A DNA stretch of 63,754 nucleotides, counting the filler, from Atractiella rhizophila (taxonomy: Eukaryota), in NCBI GenBank assembly GCA_021432655.1. It is 4 parts of 3 records of this genome, joined end to end, with 100 filler letters (N's around TTAATTAATTAA, not from the genome) between each part and the next. Parts side by side here need not be neighbours in the genome. Positions count along the whole stretch, not along the records: positions 1 to 28,665 come from MU271221.1; 3 more parts are not named here. One strand, given 5' to 3'. Positions 1 through 11,477 of this stretch are shown here, one piece after another. The notes under the pieces are model-generated. The model ran no database searches. It was not told where the DNA came from and saw nothing but the letters and a program-made list of their open reading frames with translations. A program made the translations under genes and the position numbers. Every line of letters begins with the position of its first letter. Within the stretch, counting starts at the first letter, position 1.

Positions 1-49
1 CGTTTACCTGCTTCCATCCTCCCAATACCATCGAAACATTCATATTCAG

Positions 50-334
50 TTCATGGATTCGACTGATGTACATGGGGAACAGAGCAACATCCCTCCAGAA
101 TCCTTGCTCAAAGGTATCCGCGCCGCCTTCTGGACGGCGACGGGCATAGGATTCCTTTGCTCTCTTCTCGCGCTCCTCACGTTGAGAAACGTAGGGAGAG
201 TGGGAGCGAAGAAGACAATACGGAGGAGGGAGAAGGTACCGAAAATGGAGAAGAAGGAGACGGAGAGGGAAGGAGGGGAGGTAGGGGAGGAGAAGGAGGG
301 CAGAGTGAAAACAGGAGAGGACGGGGTCATGTGA
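50..334 (+). CDS. Last exon of an MFS (DHA2-like) transporter, copy 1; 5' part lies outside the window
   Basis: cag acceptor at 47-49; LLKGIRAAFWTATGIGFLCSLLALLTLRNVGRVG resembles the last TM helix of fungal DHA2-type MFS proteins, followed by a charged tail and TGA. Confidence 0.7.
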   Translation, partial: FMDSTDVHGEQSNIPPESLLKGIRAAFWTATGIGFLCSLLALLTLRNVGRVGAKKTIRRREKVPKMEKKETEREGGEVGEEKEGRVKTGEDGVM

Positions 335-1006
335 AGCGATAGACGGAGATGTCTTAGATATCGTTTGTTTTCATAGAGGCGTAGTCCACTTATACTTCGT
401 AATGGAGACTTGAATCTCTCACACTCCATCCTCTGATGGTATACTAATCCCCTACTCCAGAAAAAGATGTTCATGAAGGAAGCACTGAAGGAAGCACACA
501 GTTGTACAACTTCAACGGAAAAGAGCAAAAGAGACGATTTGAGGTCCCTTAATTTTATGAACTTTTGCAGAACTCTCTGCGTAGTCACAGCAATATACAG
601 ACGCAAGCGCCTACTAGTACGACGGGATGATATAATCCCACCGTGGGAGGTTTATGGAGCATCACCATATTCGCCTAACTTGAAGGATAAAGACCAAAAT
701 CCGGATTATGTCTCCAGTCACGACAGTAGCACCGTGTCTTCAGATAACACTCGTCAGAAGCGCGTCCCATCCGTGATGGGTACTCCATTCTTCCAAGGCA
801 CATTTGGTCAATCTTCCTGAAACTGGTTGTTGAAGAAGTGGCCGCAGCGGGATAACTTCGTGCCAAACAAAAATTAGTGGCCACCTCACCAAACGGCACG
901 CTCATTATCCCCTTCGTCCCCCCTTGTTAAGTGTTGGTTAGGTGAGTATTTCTATAGAACTGAAGAAGAATGGGCCGGCTAATGCTTTGAAGCCAGGGAG
1001 CAAGAA

Positions 1007-1540
1007 ATGTCGACGGTCCAACATGCGCCAGCACCACAACGGAGGGCTTCAAAATCGTCGAATGGACCTAATGCGAATGCCAGTGAAGGCAGCGGGAGTG
1101 GTACTGCTGCAAGCGGAGGTGGGAGGGGAAGGGGCGGGAGGGTCGGAAGAGGCAGGGGAAGGGGAAGTAGTGTGAGTTCAACCGCGAAGGAGAAGGAGGT
1201 TGGTGGTGCGACTACTTCTGCGGAAGGGACCGGGGGTGGGAAAGGAACTGCTGTTCCTATTCCTAAGATCAACACAACCACAGACACGAGCACGAGCTCG
1301 ACTGCTGAAGCATCTTCTGCTGCTCCCGCTTCTGCTTCCACTCGTGGGACAAGCGGCGGAAGGGGAAGAAAACGCGGTTCGATATCTTCACTTTCTGCTT
1401 CTGGTGTTCCCTCGACACCTTCTACTCCAACAGCGACCACCTCTCATCACGCCGCACCACACAGTCATATTCCCCGCGCTCGTGTCACCAGCGCGACTTC
1501 AGTCACATCCATCGCGTCCCGAAACTCCCGAACATCTCAA
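1007..1540 (+). other. Truncated duplicate of the 5' end of the Mim1-domain gene
   Basis: MSTVQHAPAP...SRNSRTSQ is near-identical to 2547-3080 and is cut at the duplication junction. Confidence 0.9.
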
Positions 1541-1589
1541 CGTTTACCTGCTTCCATCCTCCCAATACCATCGAAACATTCATATTCAG

Positions 1590-1874
1590 TTCATGGATTC
1601 GACTGATGTACATGGGGAACAGAGCAACATCCCTCCAGAATCCATGCTCAAAGGTATCCGCGCCGCCTTCTGGACGGCGACGGGCATAGGATTTCTTTGC
1701 TCTCTTCTCGCGCTCCTCACGTTGAGGAACGTAGGGAGAGTGGGGGCGAAGAAGACAATACGGAGGAGGCAGAAGGTACCGAAAATGGAGGAGAAAGAGA
1801 GAGAGAGGGAAGGAGTGGAGGGAGGGGAGGAGAAGGAGGGCAGAGTGAAAACAGGAGAGGACGGGGGCATGTGA
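1590..1874 (+). CDS. Last exon of the MFS transporter, copy 2 (orphan in this layout)
   Basis: Near-identical to 50-334; no upstream MFS exons between 1541 and 1589. Confidence 0.65.
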   Translation, partial: FMDSTDVHGEQSNIPPESMLKGIRAAFWTATGIGFLCSLLALLTLRNVGRVGAKKTIRRRQKVPKMEEKEREREGVEGGEEKEGRVKTGEDGGM

Positions 1875-2546
1875 AGCAATAGACGGAGATGTCTTAGATA
1901 GCGTTTGTTTTCATAGAGGCGTAGTCCACTTATACTTCGTAATGGAGATTTGAATCTCTCACACTCCATCCTCTGATTGTATACTAATCCCCTACTCCCG
2001 AAAAGATGTTCATGAAGGAAGCACTGAAGGAAGCACACAATTGTACAACTTCAACCGAAAAGAGCAAAAGAGACGATTTGAGGTCCCTTAATTTTATGAA
2101 CTTTTGCAGAACTCTCTGCGTAGTCACAGCAATATACAGACGCAAGCGCCTACTAGTACGACGGGATGATATAATCCCACCGTGGGAGGTTTATGGAGCA
2201 TCACCATATTCGCCTAACTTGAAGGATAAAGACCAAAATCCAAGATTATGTCTCCAGTCACGACAGTAGCACCGTGTCCTCAGATAACACTCGTCAGAAG
2301 CGCGTCCCATCCGTGATGGGTACTCCATTCTTCCAAGGCACATTTGGTCAATCTTCCTGAAACTGGTTGTTGAAGAAGTGGCCGCAGCGGGATAACTTCG
2401 TGCCAAACAAAAATTAGTGGCCACCTCACCAAACGGCACGCTCATTATCCCCTTCGTCCCCCCTTGTTAAGTGTTGGTTAGGTCAGTATTTCTATAGAAC
2501 TGAAGAAGAATGGGCCGGCTAATGCCGTGAAGCCAGGGAGCAAGAA

Positions 2547-5500
2547 ATGTCGACGGTCCAACATGCGCCAGCACCACAACGGAGGGCTTCAAAATCGTCG
2601 AATGGACCTAATGCGAATGCCACTGAAGGCAGCGGGAGTGGCACTGCTGCAAGCGGAGGTGGGAGGGGAAGGGGCGGAAGGGGCGGAAGAGGCAGGGGAA
2701 GGGGAAGTAGTGTGAGTTCAACCGCGAAGGAGAAGGAGGTTGGTGGGGGGTCCACTTCTGCGGAAGGGACTGGGAGTGGGAAAGGAACTGCTGTTCCTAT
2801 TCCTAAGATCAACACAACCACAGACACGAGCACGAGCTCGACTGCTGAAGCATCTTCTCCTGCTCCCTCTTCCGGTTCCACTCGAGGGACAAGCGGCGGG
2901 AGGGGAAGAAAACGCGGTTCGATATCTTCACTTTCTACTTCTGGCGTTCCCTCGACACCTTCTACTCCAACAGCGACCACCTCTCATCACGCCGCACCAC
3001 ACAGTCATATTCCCCGCGCTCGTGTCACCAGCGCGACTTCAGTCACATCCATCGCCTCCCGAAACTCCCGAACATCTCAAACCTCCCTCCCACACCCTCC
3101 TCGCCCTAATACACCCCTTCAATTGGGATACGACGACAAGCCGCTGATCATGAACCCTCCTTCTCCGCGTACAAGGAAGGTGAGCACACAGAGCGAGGGG
3201 TCCGCTACTTCTGCTTCTGGTGCCAAGTCAATGAGTGAGAGCGTTGGAGGGAGAAGAGTGAGGAAGAGCGAGGAACATGCGACTCAGAAAACCCCTCCAC
3301 ATGTTGGATTCGGGACTGGGCAGCAACGCAATCTTTCCCTCTCTTCATCGACACACTCAAACTCTCTCGAACTCCCACCCTCTTCACCATCCCTCTCGGC
3401 AGGAAGGAAACGAACCATTTCTTCGTCATCTACGCTGTCGAGTCGCAGTTCAAGGTCGGTGAATGAAGACGTGGGAAGCTTGAAGAACTCTTTGCAACGT
3501 ACTCCGTCGGCCGGGATTGGAGTGAGCGGCGGAGTAAATGGGACTGAGAGCGGGCGTGCGGAGACTGAGACGTTAGAGCTTCCCGGGGCAGAGGAAGAGG
3601 AATCTCCCATCACCTCTCCAGAAGCCAGTATGGACGTGGAAGACCCCTCGATCCTGCTCCCCACCAATGCCCGGGACAACAACTTGCAAGGCGACTACGA
3701 CGTCTCCTTCCCTTCTCTACCTGTCCTTGAAGAACCTGCCGAAGGAGAGGACGACGGAGGAGAGCAAAAAGGGAAGGAGAAGGACTATGAACCCGATCCC
3801 GAACCTGAACCTGAGCCAGGACCGGACCGACCTCCCTCACCCCAACCACCGCCGGTACAAATCTTCTCTTCCAGCCTCGAAATTCCCACACCAACCACAG
3901 CGAATCACCCTGTACCAATCCCCGTTGGAGAAGGAGAAAGCGTCCCCTTCCCCGTCCCTAACGAGGATGTGATTCCAGAGGAATCTTGGCCACCTCTCCC
4001 ATCGACGGCCCAAGAAGAAGAATCCATGCTATCTCCAATAGATGAATCCGACGTTCTTGTTCTCCCGGTCCGTCCCCAAACTCCCCTCTACGAGCGTCGC
4101 CGCTCGCCTTCGCCCTCACCTATTATTCCTCCTCGTAGGAACCTCACTCCATCCCCTGAGCCGGTACAGTCTCCCAAAAGCTTGGTTGGCCCGTTTTTGG
4201 CACCTTTCGAGCCGGATTGGAGCTTGCTGGGGGGATGGAATAGCGGAAGCCCGAAGGAGCAGAAAGGGTCACCATTGAAGGATCCGGAAGGCTACGAGTT
4301 GGAACCGCCTTTGGAGATAGATAGACAGGAGGAGTCTCAAGAGGCAGAGGTGGAGAAGGTGGTGGAAATAGAGGAAGTGTTGCAGGAGAAGGAAAGCGAG
4401 GGAGAGAATGAGATGGCAGGAGAGGAGGAGTGGGGAAGAAAGAGTGCAAAGTCGATGAGAGCGATGGAGGCGATACACAAGGCAGAGGAGCTTTTGAAGA
4501 AAATTGAGGAGCGACCTCCCGTATCCCCTCCCCCCGTGCATCCTGCAACACCAGCGCCACCGACAGATGTGATTGTACCGCCGCCAGCGGAGGTGTCGAA
4601 GGAAGAATGGCCGACTCCAGGGGAGATGGAGAGTGCGAAAGAGAGGGAACGGAATCCGCCATCTACACAGGAGCTGAGGAAGCGTGATCTCGGGCTCTCC
4701 CTTCATCATGTCGGCTCGACGAGACTTCCTGAACCTCCCTCCCGTACAGAAATCTTGAAGAGGGATCTCGGCCTATGTCTCCACCATATTGGCACAGTGA
4801 GGCTTCCTGCGCCGCCGTCAAGACTGCAGATCTTGAAGAGTCATTTAGGCCTGGAGATAGGAAAGGTTGGTTTGACACATGTCGATGATGAAAGACTACG
4901 AACGCTCGCCGGATCGATTGATTGCCGGGTTAATGAAGAAGCTGACGTTGTCGAAGAGGGAGAAGAGGAAGAGCTTATTCAAGAATTGAAGGACATGGAG
5001 ATGCTCCCTATCCCGGACATTCTTGAGGATATTCTTCCCACAGTTCCCGATCTATCCACCACTCTCTCTGCGGGCACCATCATCCCTTCTGTTAACTTCC
5101 CATCCTTCCTTGAAGACATTGATATCACCACCACCCACCCTGCGTCCGTCGGAACTTTCGCAGCCTACGAGCTAAGCGACATCCCCCAGTCTGTTCATCC
5201 AGCTGCTGTCATTTCCAAGATCTCGGATGAGGAACACCTTGAGGAGGACCCCCATGAAGTGGAACATCATGCACCATCACTCACTCTCAGTCTTGTCCAT
5301 GCAAGACGAACCAGTCCTGCACGACGCCTACTATGGGCGGCATTGTCTACCGTGGGCATTAACGTGATCCTTCCCTTCTTGAATGGACTTATGCTAGGTA
5401 CGTACTTTCCTATCCCGTCTGCTTTATCTTAAATTTCTCCGGCTTACCTTTGTTTCATAAAGGTGCTGGCGAGATCTTTGCACGTGAATTCTTGGGCATC

Positions 5501-5683
5501 TGGTTCGACTGGGGTCCGAGGAGCAGGTCATTAATCGCTGCACAGACTTCCGGTTTGCAAGCTGGGACATCACGCATTGGTTTGAGAGGTGGTGACCGGA
5601 GCCGAGGAACCACCGCAAGAAGTGTAGGGGATGCAGTTGTGGAAGAGGTGAAGGAGGTTTCGGAGCATGTTGCCACAGAATGA
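2547..5683 (+). CDS. MIM1: 1023-aa low-complexity protein with C-terminal Mim1/Tom13 mitochondrial outer-membrane insertase domain
   Basis: Exons 2547-5397 and 5463-5683 (gtacgt...taaag intron) give LSTVGINVILPFLNGLMLG-AGEIFAREFLGIWFDWG, matching the Mim1 signature INLxLPFxNGxMLGxGExxA. Confidence 0.78.
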
Positions 5684-6147
5684 ACGTGGGTCCTAACTCA
5701 CACTAGAGACACTATTTCCTTTAAAAGTTCATAGGAAGACTGAGAGATTCGTTCACCTTTTTGTTTCTTTCTTCTCCCACTTACCAATTAAAAACGAACG
5801 AATAATCAGCATTGTATAATGGCATCGTCGTTTCGTCTCTTCGGTATTGTATTCTTGACTTTTTTGAGGTTTCTTAATTTGTCGATTATCGTATCTGTCA
5901 AGGATTCCGTTGCAATCCATGCCTCAACCGCTCTCAAACTATCTCAAGGATTCTCGCTTGGGAACGGACTGTGTCTGCAATGCAAATAATCACAAATCTA
6001 AATTCTGTGCGTTTGTGATAGATTCGGGATGGCGGTTCTTCGGTCATTTCAAGGCTCGTCATCTACTCTGTCAAAGGAGCCAAAACTCTACCTAGGTCTA
6101 ACAGTGATGACAAACTGAGCTTTTATTTCAATGCTCATATCCTCATT

Positions 6148-7217
6148 CTATAAGTCTGATGGGTAGTGATGAACGTGATCACCATGCACCCAAGTCCTCT
6201 TTTCCATCCTCGAGGTAGCATTGTTCGAGGGTTCGACGCAAGTTTCATATCCTCTTGTCTCGCTGTATTGTCGCACACAACCATTAGGGCATGGGTATGT
6301 CTGTTCCAGCAAAGCTCTTCAATCATCTAGGAATTGCGGCAGGGAAAGTTTAAAGGAACAGGAAGGCCATCGCACCTCATTGTATTGCCACGAAAAGAGC
6401 GGATCCGTTTCGTTCGTCAGTATTTGACCAAGCATGATAGTTTGATACCCCGGGAGCTGGCGAGTTTGTTGAAACACATCGTAACTGCTCAGAGTGATGA
6501 CTCCCCATCCGACGTTATAGTTGTGCTCGATGGTCGTGCCGTAGATATATTCTAAAATTCACGCACATCAGCTTCTCTCCTCAAGATTCAATAGTAGAAG
6601 AGCCAACCCTTGAATCCAGCCCAACGGATGGCAGAAGCGCACATAGGACAAGATCTATGTGTTGCGTTTTTAGCTTCCCTTTTTTGATGACAAATACGTG
6701 ACCCACTCAGCATTCGTGTATATCGAGAGGTCGGCCCATGCAGCGTAGATCTCTGTTGCAGTCATATTCTTAGCCGCGAATACGGCAGTACAAGCATTGA
6801 TAGCTGAAATCTCCCCATGGATGCTACAATGCAGCCATTATATCGCCCAACATTCGCGTCAGCGTTTCACAAAACTAATGGGAGGAGAGAGGACGGAACG
6901 CACGTTGGGTCTCCAGTCCTAAAATTTGCACCTTGACAGACGATCTCGTCAGAGGTGTGATTCACGATGATGGTTCCGTATGCAGCGAAAGGACAAGGTC
7001 CGGATTGCTCGTAGAGCGCTTCGTTAGCCTGATCCGGAATCAAGATAAATGTTTCTTAGGAAGGAGAGCGCACCAATCGCATATATTTGACCCTTGTCGA
7101 GTAGGGAATACCGTTGACAATGACTCCAGTCATGTCCTGGTCATCGTTGGCGACCGTGAATTTGGCGGAGCTGCCTCCCAACAGGAGCGAAAGGAAAAAG
7201 GGGAAGGAAAGCAGCAT
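6148..7217 (-). CDS. Secreted cytidine/guanine deaminase-like zinc enzyme (multi-exon)
   Basis: Spliced reading: signal peptide MLLSFPLFLSLLLGGSSA, GDPTIHGEISAINAC (HxE), YTNAESCPMCASAIRWAGFKEYIYGT (CxxC); stop at 6148-6150. Confidence 0.85.
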
Positions 7218-8267
7218 CTTGAGGTGTGAAGAACCGTGGGGATACAGTTATCGAAAAGTCGAGCTCTTTCACATCTTTATAACTTCCCAACCTCCTGCTT
7301 ACTGGTATAAGTTTCAGAATCTGGGCGTCAGGAGCGGCCGAGAAATGATGAGAATTTCGTAACTGGTTACGTCCCGTCACGATAGAAGCTTGATAGAACT
7401 GCTGAAAAACTTGATGATAAGCGCCTGGACGATTGGACTGTCATTGATTTGAATTGCATCTTTGTCGGGACTGATAAGAGACGTGTACACGCTTGCGGCC
7501 GCAGTTGAGAGGCTTGAGGCGTTCGTTGATGTGAAGTGAAAAATCATGGCAACGTTCCTATGTTCTGCACTCTAGAAGGTGGATGTCGAACAAGGCGAGA
7601 ACATGTGGGCAGTTCCTGTCAGCGTTCGTTTAGAAACACCCAATGAAGCTGCGAAATGTTTCTCTTGCGTCCCGTCCCGATATTGAGCTAGACGATACGG
7701 CAACGATGATAGCCAATAATTCAACGGGTAGCAAATCAATTCCAGACAATGTTGGCGGGAGTTGAAACTGGTAGAAGGATGCATCACAGGACTTGCTTAG
7801 AAAGGCTTTCTCCATGGTCGAGGTGCTTCAGCTGGGGCATGAGGAAATGGGCTTGAAGGCGGCAACTGCCAAGCTTGGAGGTTCTTCTGAAGCGCACCTC
7901 ATCTTCATCCGCGGTGACAGTAGCATCGTTTAAACACCTATCAAGTTATATCAAGGATACTAGTAGTGCAGCTTGTGGTAAGCTGGCATATCGTGAGTCC
8001 GTTCAAGCTTGTTAAGTTGTTTTGACACTGCTTGTTACGTTGTACTACATCATCACTATTAAACCACCTCTGTCTGCTAATCTGGCTTGCGTCTTCCCTA
8101 GCATCTCCCCTCTCCAGGATTTGTCGTTTCAATGTCTGTTACTATTCGATTTGTAGTAAGGCCCTTCATGTTCTTCAGCTCTGAGTGAAATGATAAGCTC
8201 GCCCTTGTATATGGCCATACTACTTTGGGAGCCAAAACTTCCATCAGTGGACAAGACACAACTACAA

Positions 8268-9637
8268 TTACAGCAGAAACATGTTTACACTTGATCTAGA
8301 ATAACCAATCACGTAATCCGGCCATGTGCTCCAGTCACCAACGAAGAGTATGGCATCCTGGCAAGCACTGCCCAGACCTATTTGCAATTTGAGCTCAAAA
8401 AACACCTTACTCCAAAGACAGGGGACCCACCGGTATTATTCAACCAAGTTGGCTCCCAATAATGGACTCCTTGTCCCAATCCGTTTGGGAGACCGCGAAC
8501 GATTTGGTAGATCTTTTTCACCCATTGCTTCTGTCCGTCAGCGCTCACGGGGACGGAGGGTTCACTGAGCTGTGGCGCTGACGAGCCATTGCAGATGGCA
8601 GGGAAGTCTGTTTCTACAACCTGGATTGGCTTGGGGTACTTGTTTGCGATGGTGGTGAGCGTGTCTTGCAGATTAGCAAAAGTTGCTGCCGTTCCCTGGT
8701 GTTCTTACTCAACGTCGTAGGAGTGAGAAAGAGGAACTGCAAACGTAGAACGGGTAAATGGAGAACCCAAAAACGTCCCAATCTGCCAGGCTCACTTTCC
8801 CCGTCCCGAGGAAGGCCTCGAACCAGTTCAACTGTAACGTCTTGTTGTAGCCATTATCAATGTGTATCATCACTGCCGGCTTCGCTACTCCTGAAGCAAC
8901 CGCATCATCGACTCCTCGTCGGGCGGCTTTATAAAGAGTTGCCAGATTGGTGAAGTGTTGGATGCGAGCCGAGGTAGGAAACGTGTCCACGTTGACATAT
9001 CCAAAGGGCCATAGCATTCCTGTTGAGGATGAGGGTCATTCTTTCCTCCTCTCACGACTGCAATAGGATAGCACAGCGCACCATGCCTTATCTCGTTCCC
9101 TAGGCTAACAAGGTCTAAATTGACATTCCCGTTCTTGAAGGCGACGAGGGTATCCTTGACATATGCTCGCAAAGCGCGTTCGACACCGGAAAGGGTTTTA
9201 GGCCAAGCGGCAGGCACGGGTTGTTTTTGGGGATCTGCCCAACTATCCGAGAAGTGAAAGTCGAGGTAAATCTTGTAACCTTTTTTCGCGAAGCGTTGGG
9301 CGAGGTTCAGAGTGTAAGGCAGGTCATACTGCCCTGCATATTCACCGGTCGGGTTCACCCAAATCCTTACGTTTCCACTTCTGTCAAATCGTCATAAACG
9401 AGAAAGAGAATCGAACCGTAAGCGGACGGTATTCATCCCTCCATCTCCTAAAATATCTTCTGCTGGTCGAATGACATTCCCTCGTGCGCTGTCTGCGAAC
9501 GAGGCGGGGGTGCTGCCTAGTTCGACAACTCGGAGAGACGAGAGGTCATGTCCCTTGTAGAAGAACGGAGTTGTCTGAGCTGGCGCTCCTCTGATAACGG
9601 CGCAGAGTGCGAAAGGGAGAAGGAACGAGAACTTCAT
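8268..9637 (-). CDS. GH53 endo-beta-1,4-galactanase, secreted
   Basis: Signal peptide; KGHDLSS, GMNTVRLR, LDFHFSDSWADPQKQ, VSLGNEI (acid/base Glu), VVETDFP (nucleophile), YWEP. Confidence 0.93.
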
Positions 9638-10086
9638 GTCCTATCCGCCTTATCGATGTGATGTGAAGTATGAGTGCAGACTTTTATATCTTGTTCTCCT
9701 CCTCCTTTTATGATCGCGATGGTGCAACGCACATGCTTCAAAGCTTCAACTGTGGGGTCACCTCATTTCTCCCGGCTTCTCCACGACACAAGAGCACGAA
9801 TGAAATTGTCTGAGATAGTCTGGGATATTATCAATGTCATTCTGCCTGTTTCCGCCATTTCGGGCCGTTGTGTTTGCCCTAACAAAGAACAACAAACCTG
9901 ATTGCAGCTGCAGCTTGCCCAGACAAACCTCAACTTGCTCAGCATGAGACGTCTCGCACAAAGAGGTCGAGTTTTTCGACATTCCATTTTGGCCCACGAT
10001 ATGGAAAAAGCTGTTGACTATTCGCAATGACCAGGCTTCGCTGTTTCCACTCCCCGATTTCCTCTCCTATGATAGTCGACTCAGAC

Positions 10087-11250
10087 ATGGGGGCTTCCTC
10101 AATCTTACACCTTCCAGATGAACCTTTGGTCAGTCTGTTCGTCAGTGCGGAGGTTCTCTTAATGAATTGAGGCCGATAGAGAATGATAGCACACATGTTG
10201 CTCAAGCGGTCTGACCTCCTGAATTTCATGCTCACTTGCCATACCGTCCATCGCGCCATCTCCTCAGTTCTATACTGGTACCCTCGCTTATGGACACGAA
10301 GGAAGCTGTACACGTTTCGCGAGCGACTACTTCAGGACCGCTCCTTAGCTGGGCTTGTTCGGAAGCTTCGCATCGACGTGCCTCTCGTCCCCGTTGGGGC
10401 AGATCGCGAATATGATGAAGTCACGGACGGTGAACTAGCGGATGAAATACTTTGCCTCTGCCACTCTTCACTCGAACTTCTTACTATCAATCCGGAATCA
10501 TGGTCGAAAACCATACGATGCTGCGATCGTTTGCGGACCCTGAATATCTTCCTGGCTGTCCTAAAGATCGACCTTCAAAAAGAGATCAGTTTTCTTCCTT
10601 CGCTGAGAATTCTAGGCCTAGAGTTCTATCACAACCGTCAAATCCTCAATGCTGCTGCGTTCTCTGCCCCTCAACTCGAGGAGCTTCGAATTGACCTTCG
10701 TGAAGCTGGAGAAGGAATCGACGCCGCATCGTTCCTCGTTAAAGGCTGTCGAAACCTTCGCACGCTCAATTTCCGAGCCTCTCACTCTCCCTCTACCTTC
10801 CAGTACTTAGGAGAAGCTTTATCGAGTACACGGACCCTGGAACGTCTCCTGTTCCGAAATGACATTGCTCAAGAGCCAGCATCCGACTCCACAGAATTTG
10901 GGAGATTTCTCTCGAATATTACCAAGACATCTCAGCTCAAGGAGCTGTATGTAACAGGCGAACTGCTGCGTCAACTACGACCAGAGCCCCAGGTGCTAGC
11001 AGGCATTTCGGCGTTAGGTTTATTGCTCGCTTCGCTCTCAGACATTGTCGCTCTGGAGGTCTTGATTGATTCACGAGAAACGACACCCCAATTGGAGACG
11101 GTGAAGATTTCTACATCTGCTACACTGAAAGATGGTTCTTGGGCTTCTGCAGCCATAGCTCGACTTCCCAGGCTTTGCCTCTCAAACAACATTGCATTCT
11201 ACTCTCATGGACGATCTGAAAATGTACCTCAAATGTCATGGTTCATCTGA
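10087..11250 (+). CDS. F-box / RNI-like LRR protein
   Basis: Exon 10087-10128 (MGASSILHLPDEPL), 51-nt intron, then RMIAHMLLKRSDLLNFMLTCHTVH; F-box-like LPxE start followed by LxxLxL repeats. Confidence 0.7.
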
Positions 11251-11477
11251 CAGTGACAGTACTGCTTCTCGTTTGATGTTCCACCTCACATTTTTCAACG
11301 TCCTCTCCTCCTCTTGGTTTGATTCAGACTTCAGTACAGTCGTTTTGAATGTGTAGTAATCTTCACGCTTCTGAGTTCAATGTAGCTTCCCTTGATCGTT
11401 GATGTGGTAATGAAACAACAAAAACACTGACATTACAGACCCGACGGTGTGATCAAAGCATTACATGTGATAACATG

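Larger units (their letters stand above)
1..3080. repeat. Head-to-tail duplication, period 1540 bp, copies slightly diverged
   Basis: cgtttacctgcttccatcctccc starts at both 1 and 1541; both copies end aacatctcaa (1540, 3080); scattered SNPs and two compensating 1-nt indels. Confidence 0.97.
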
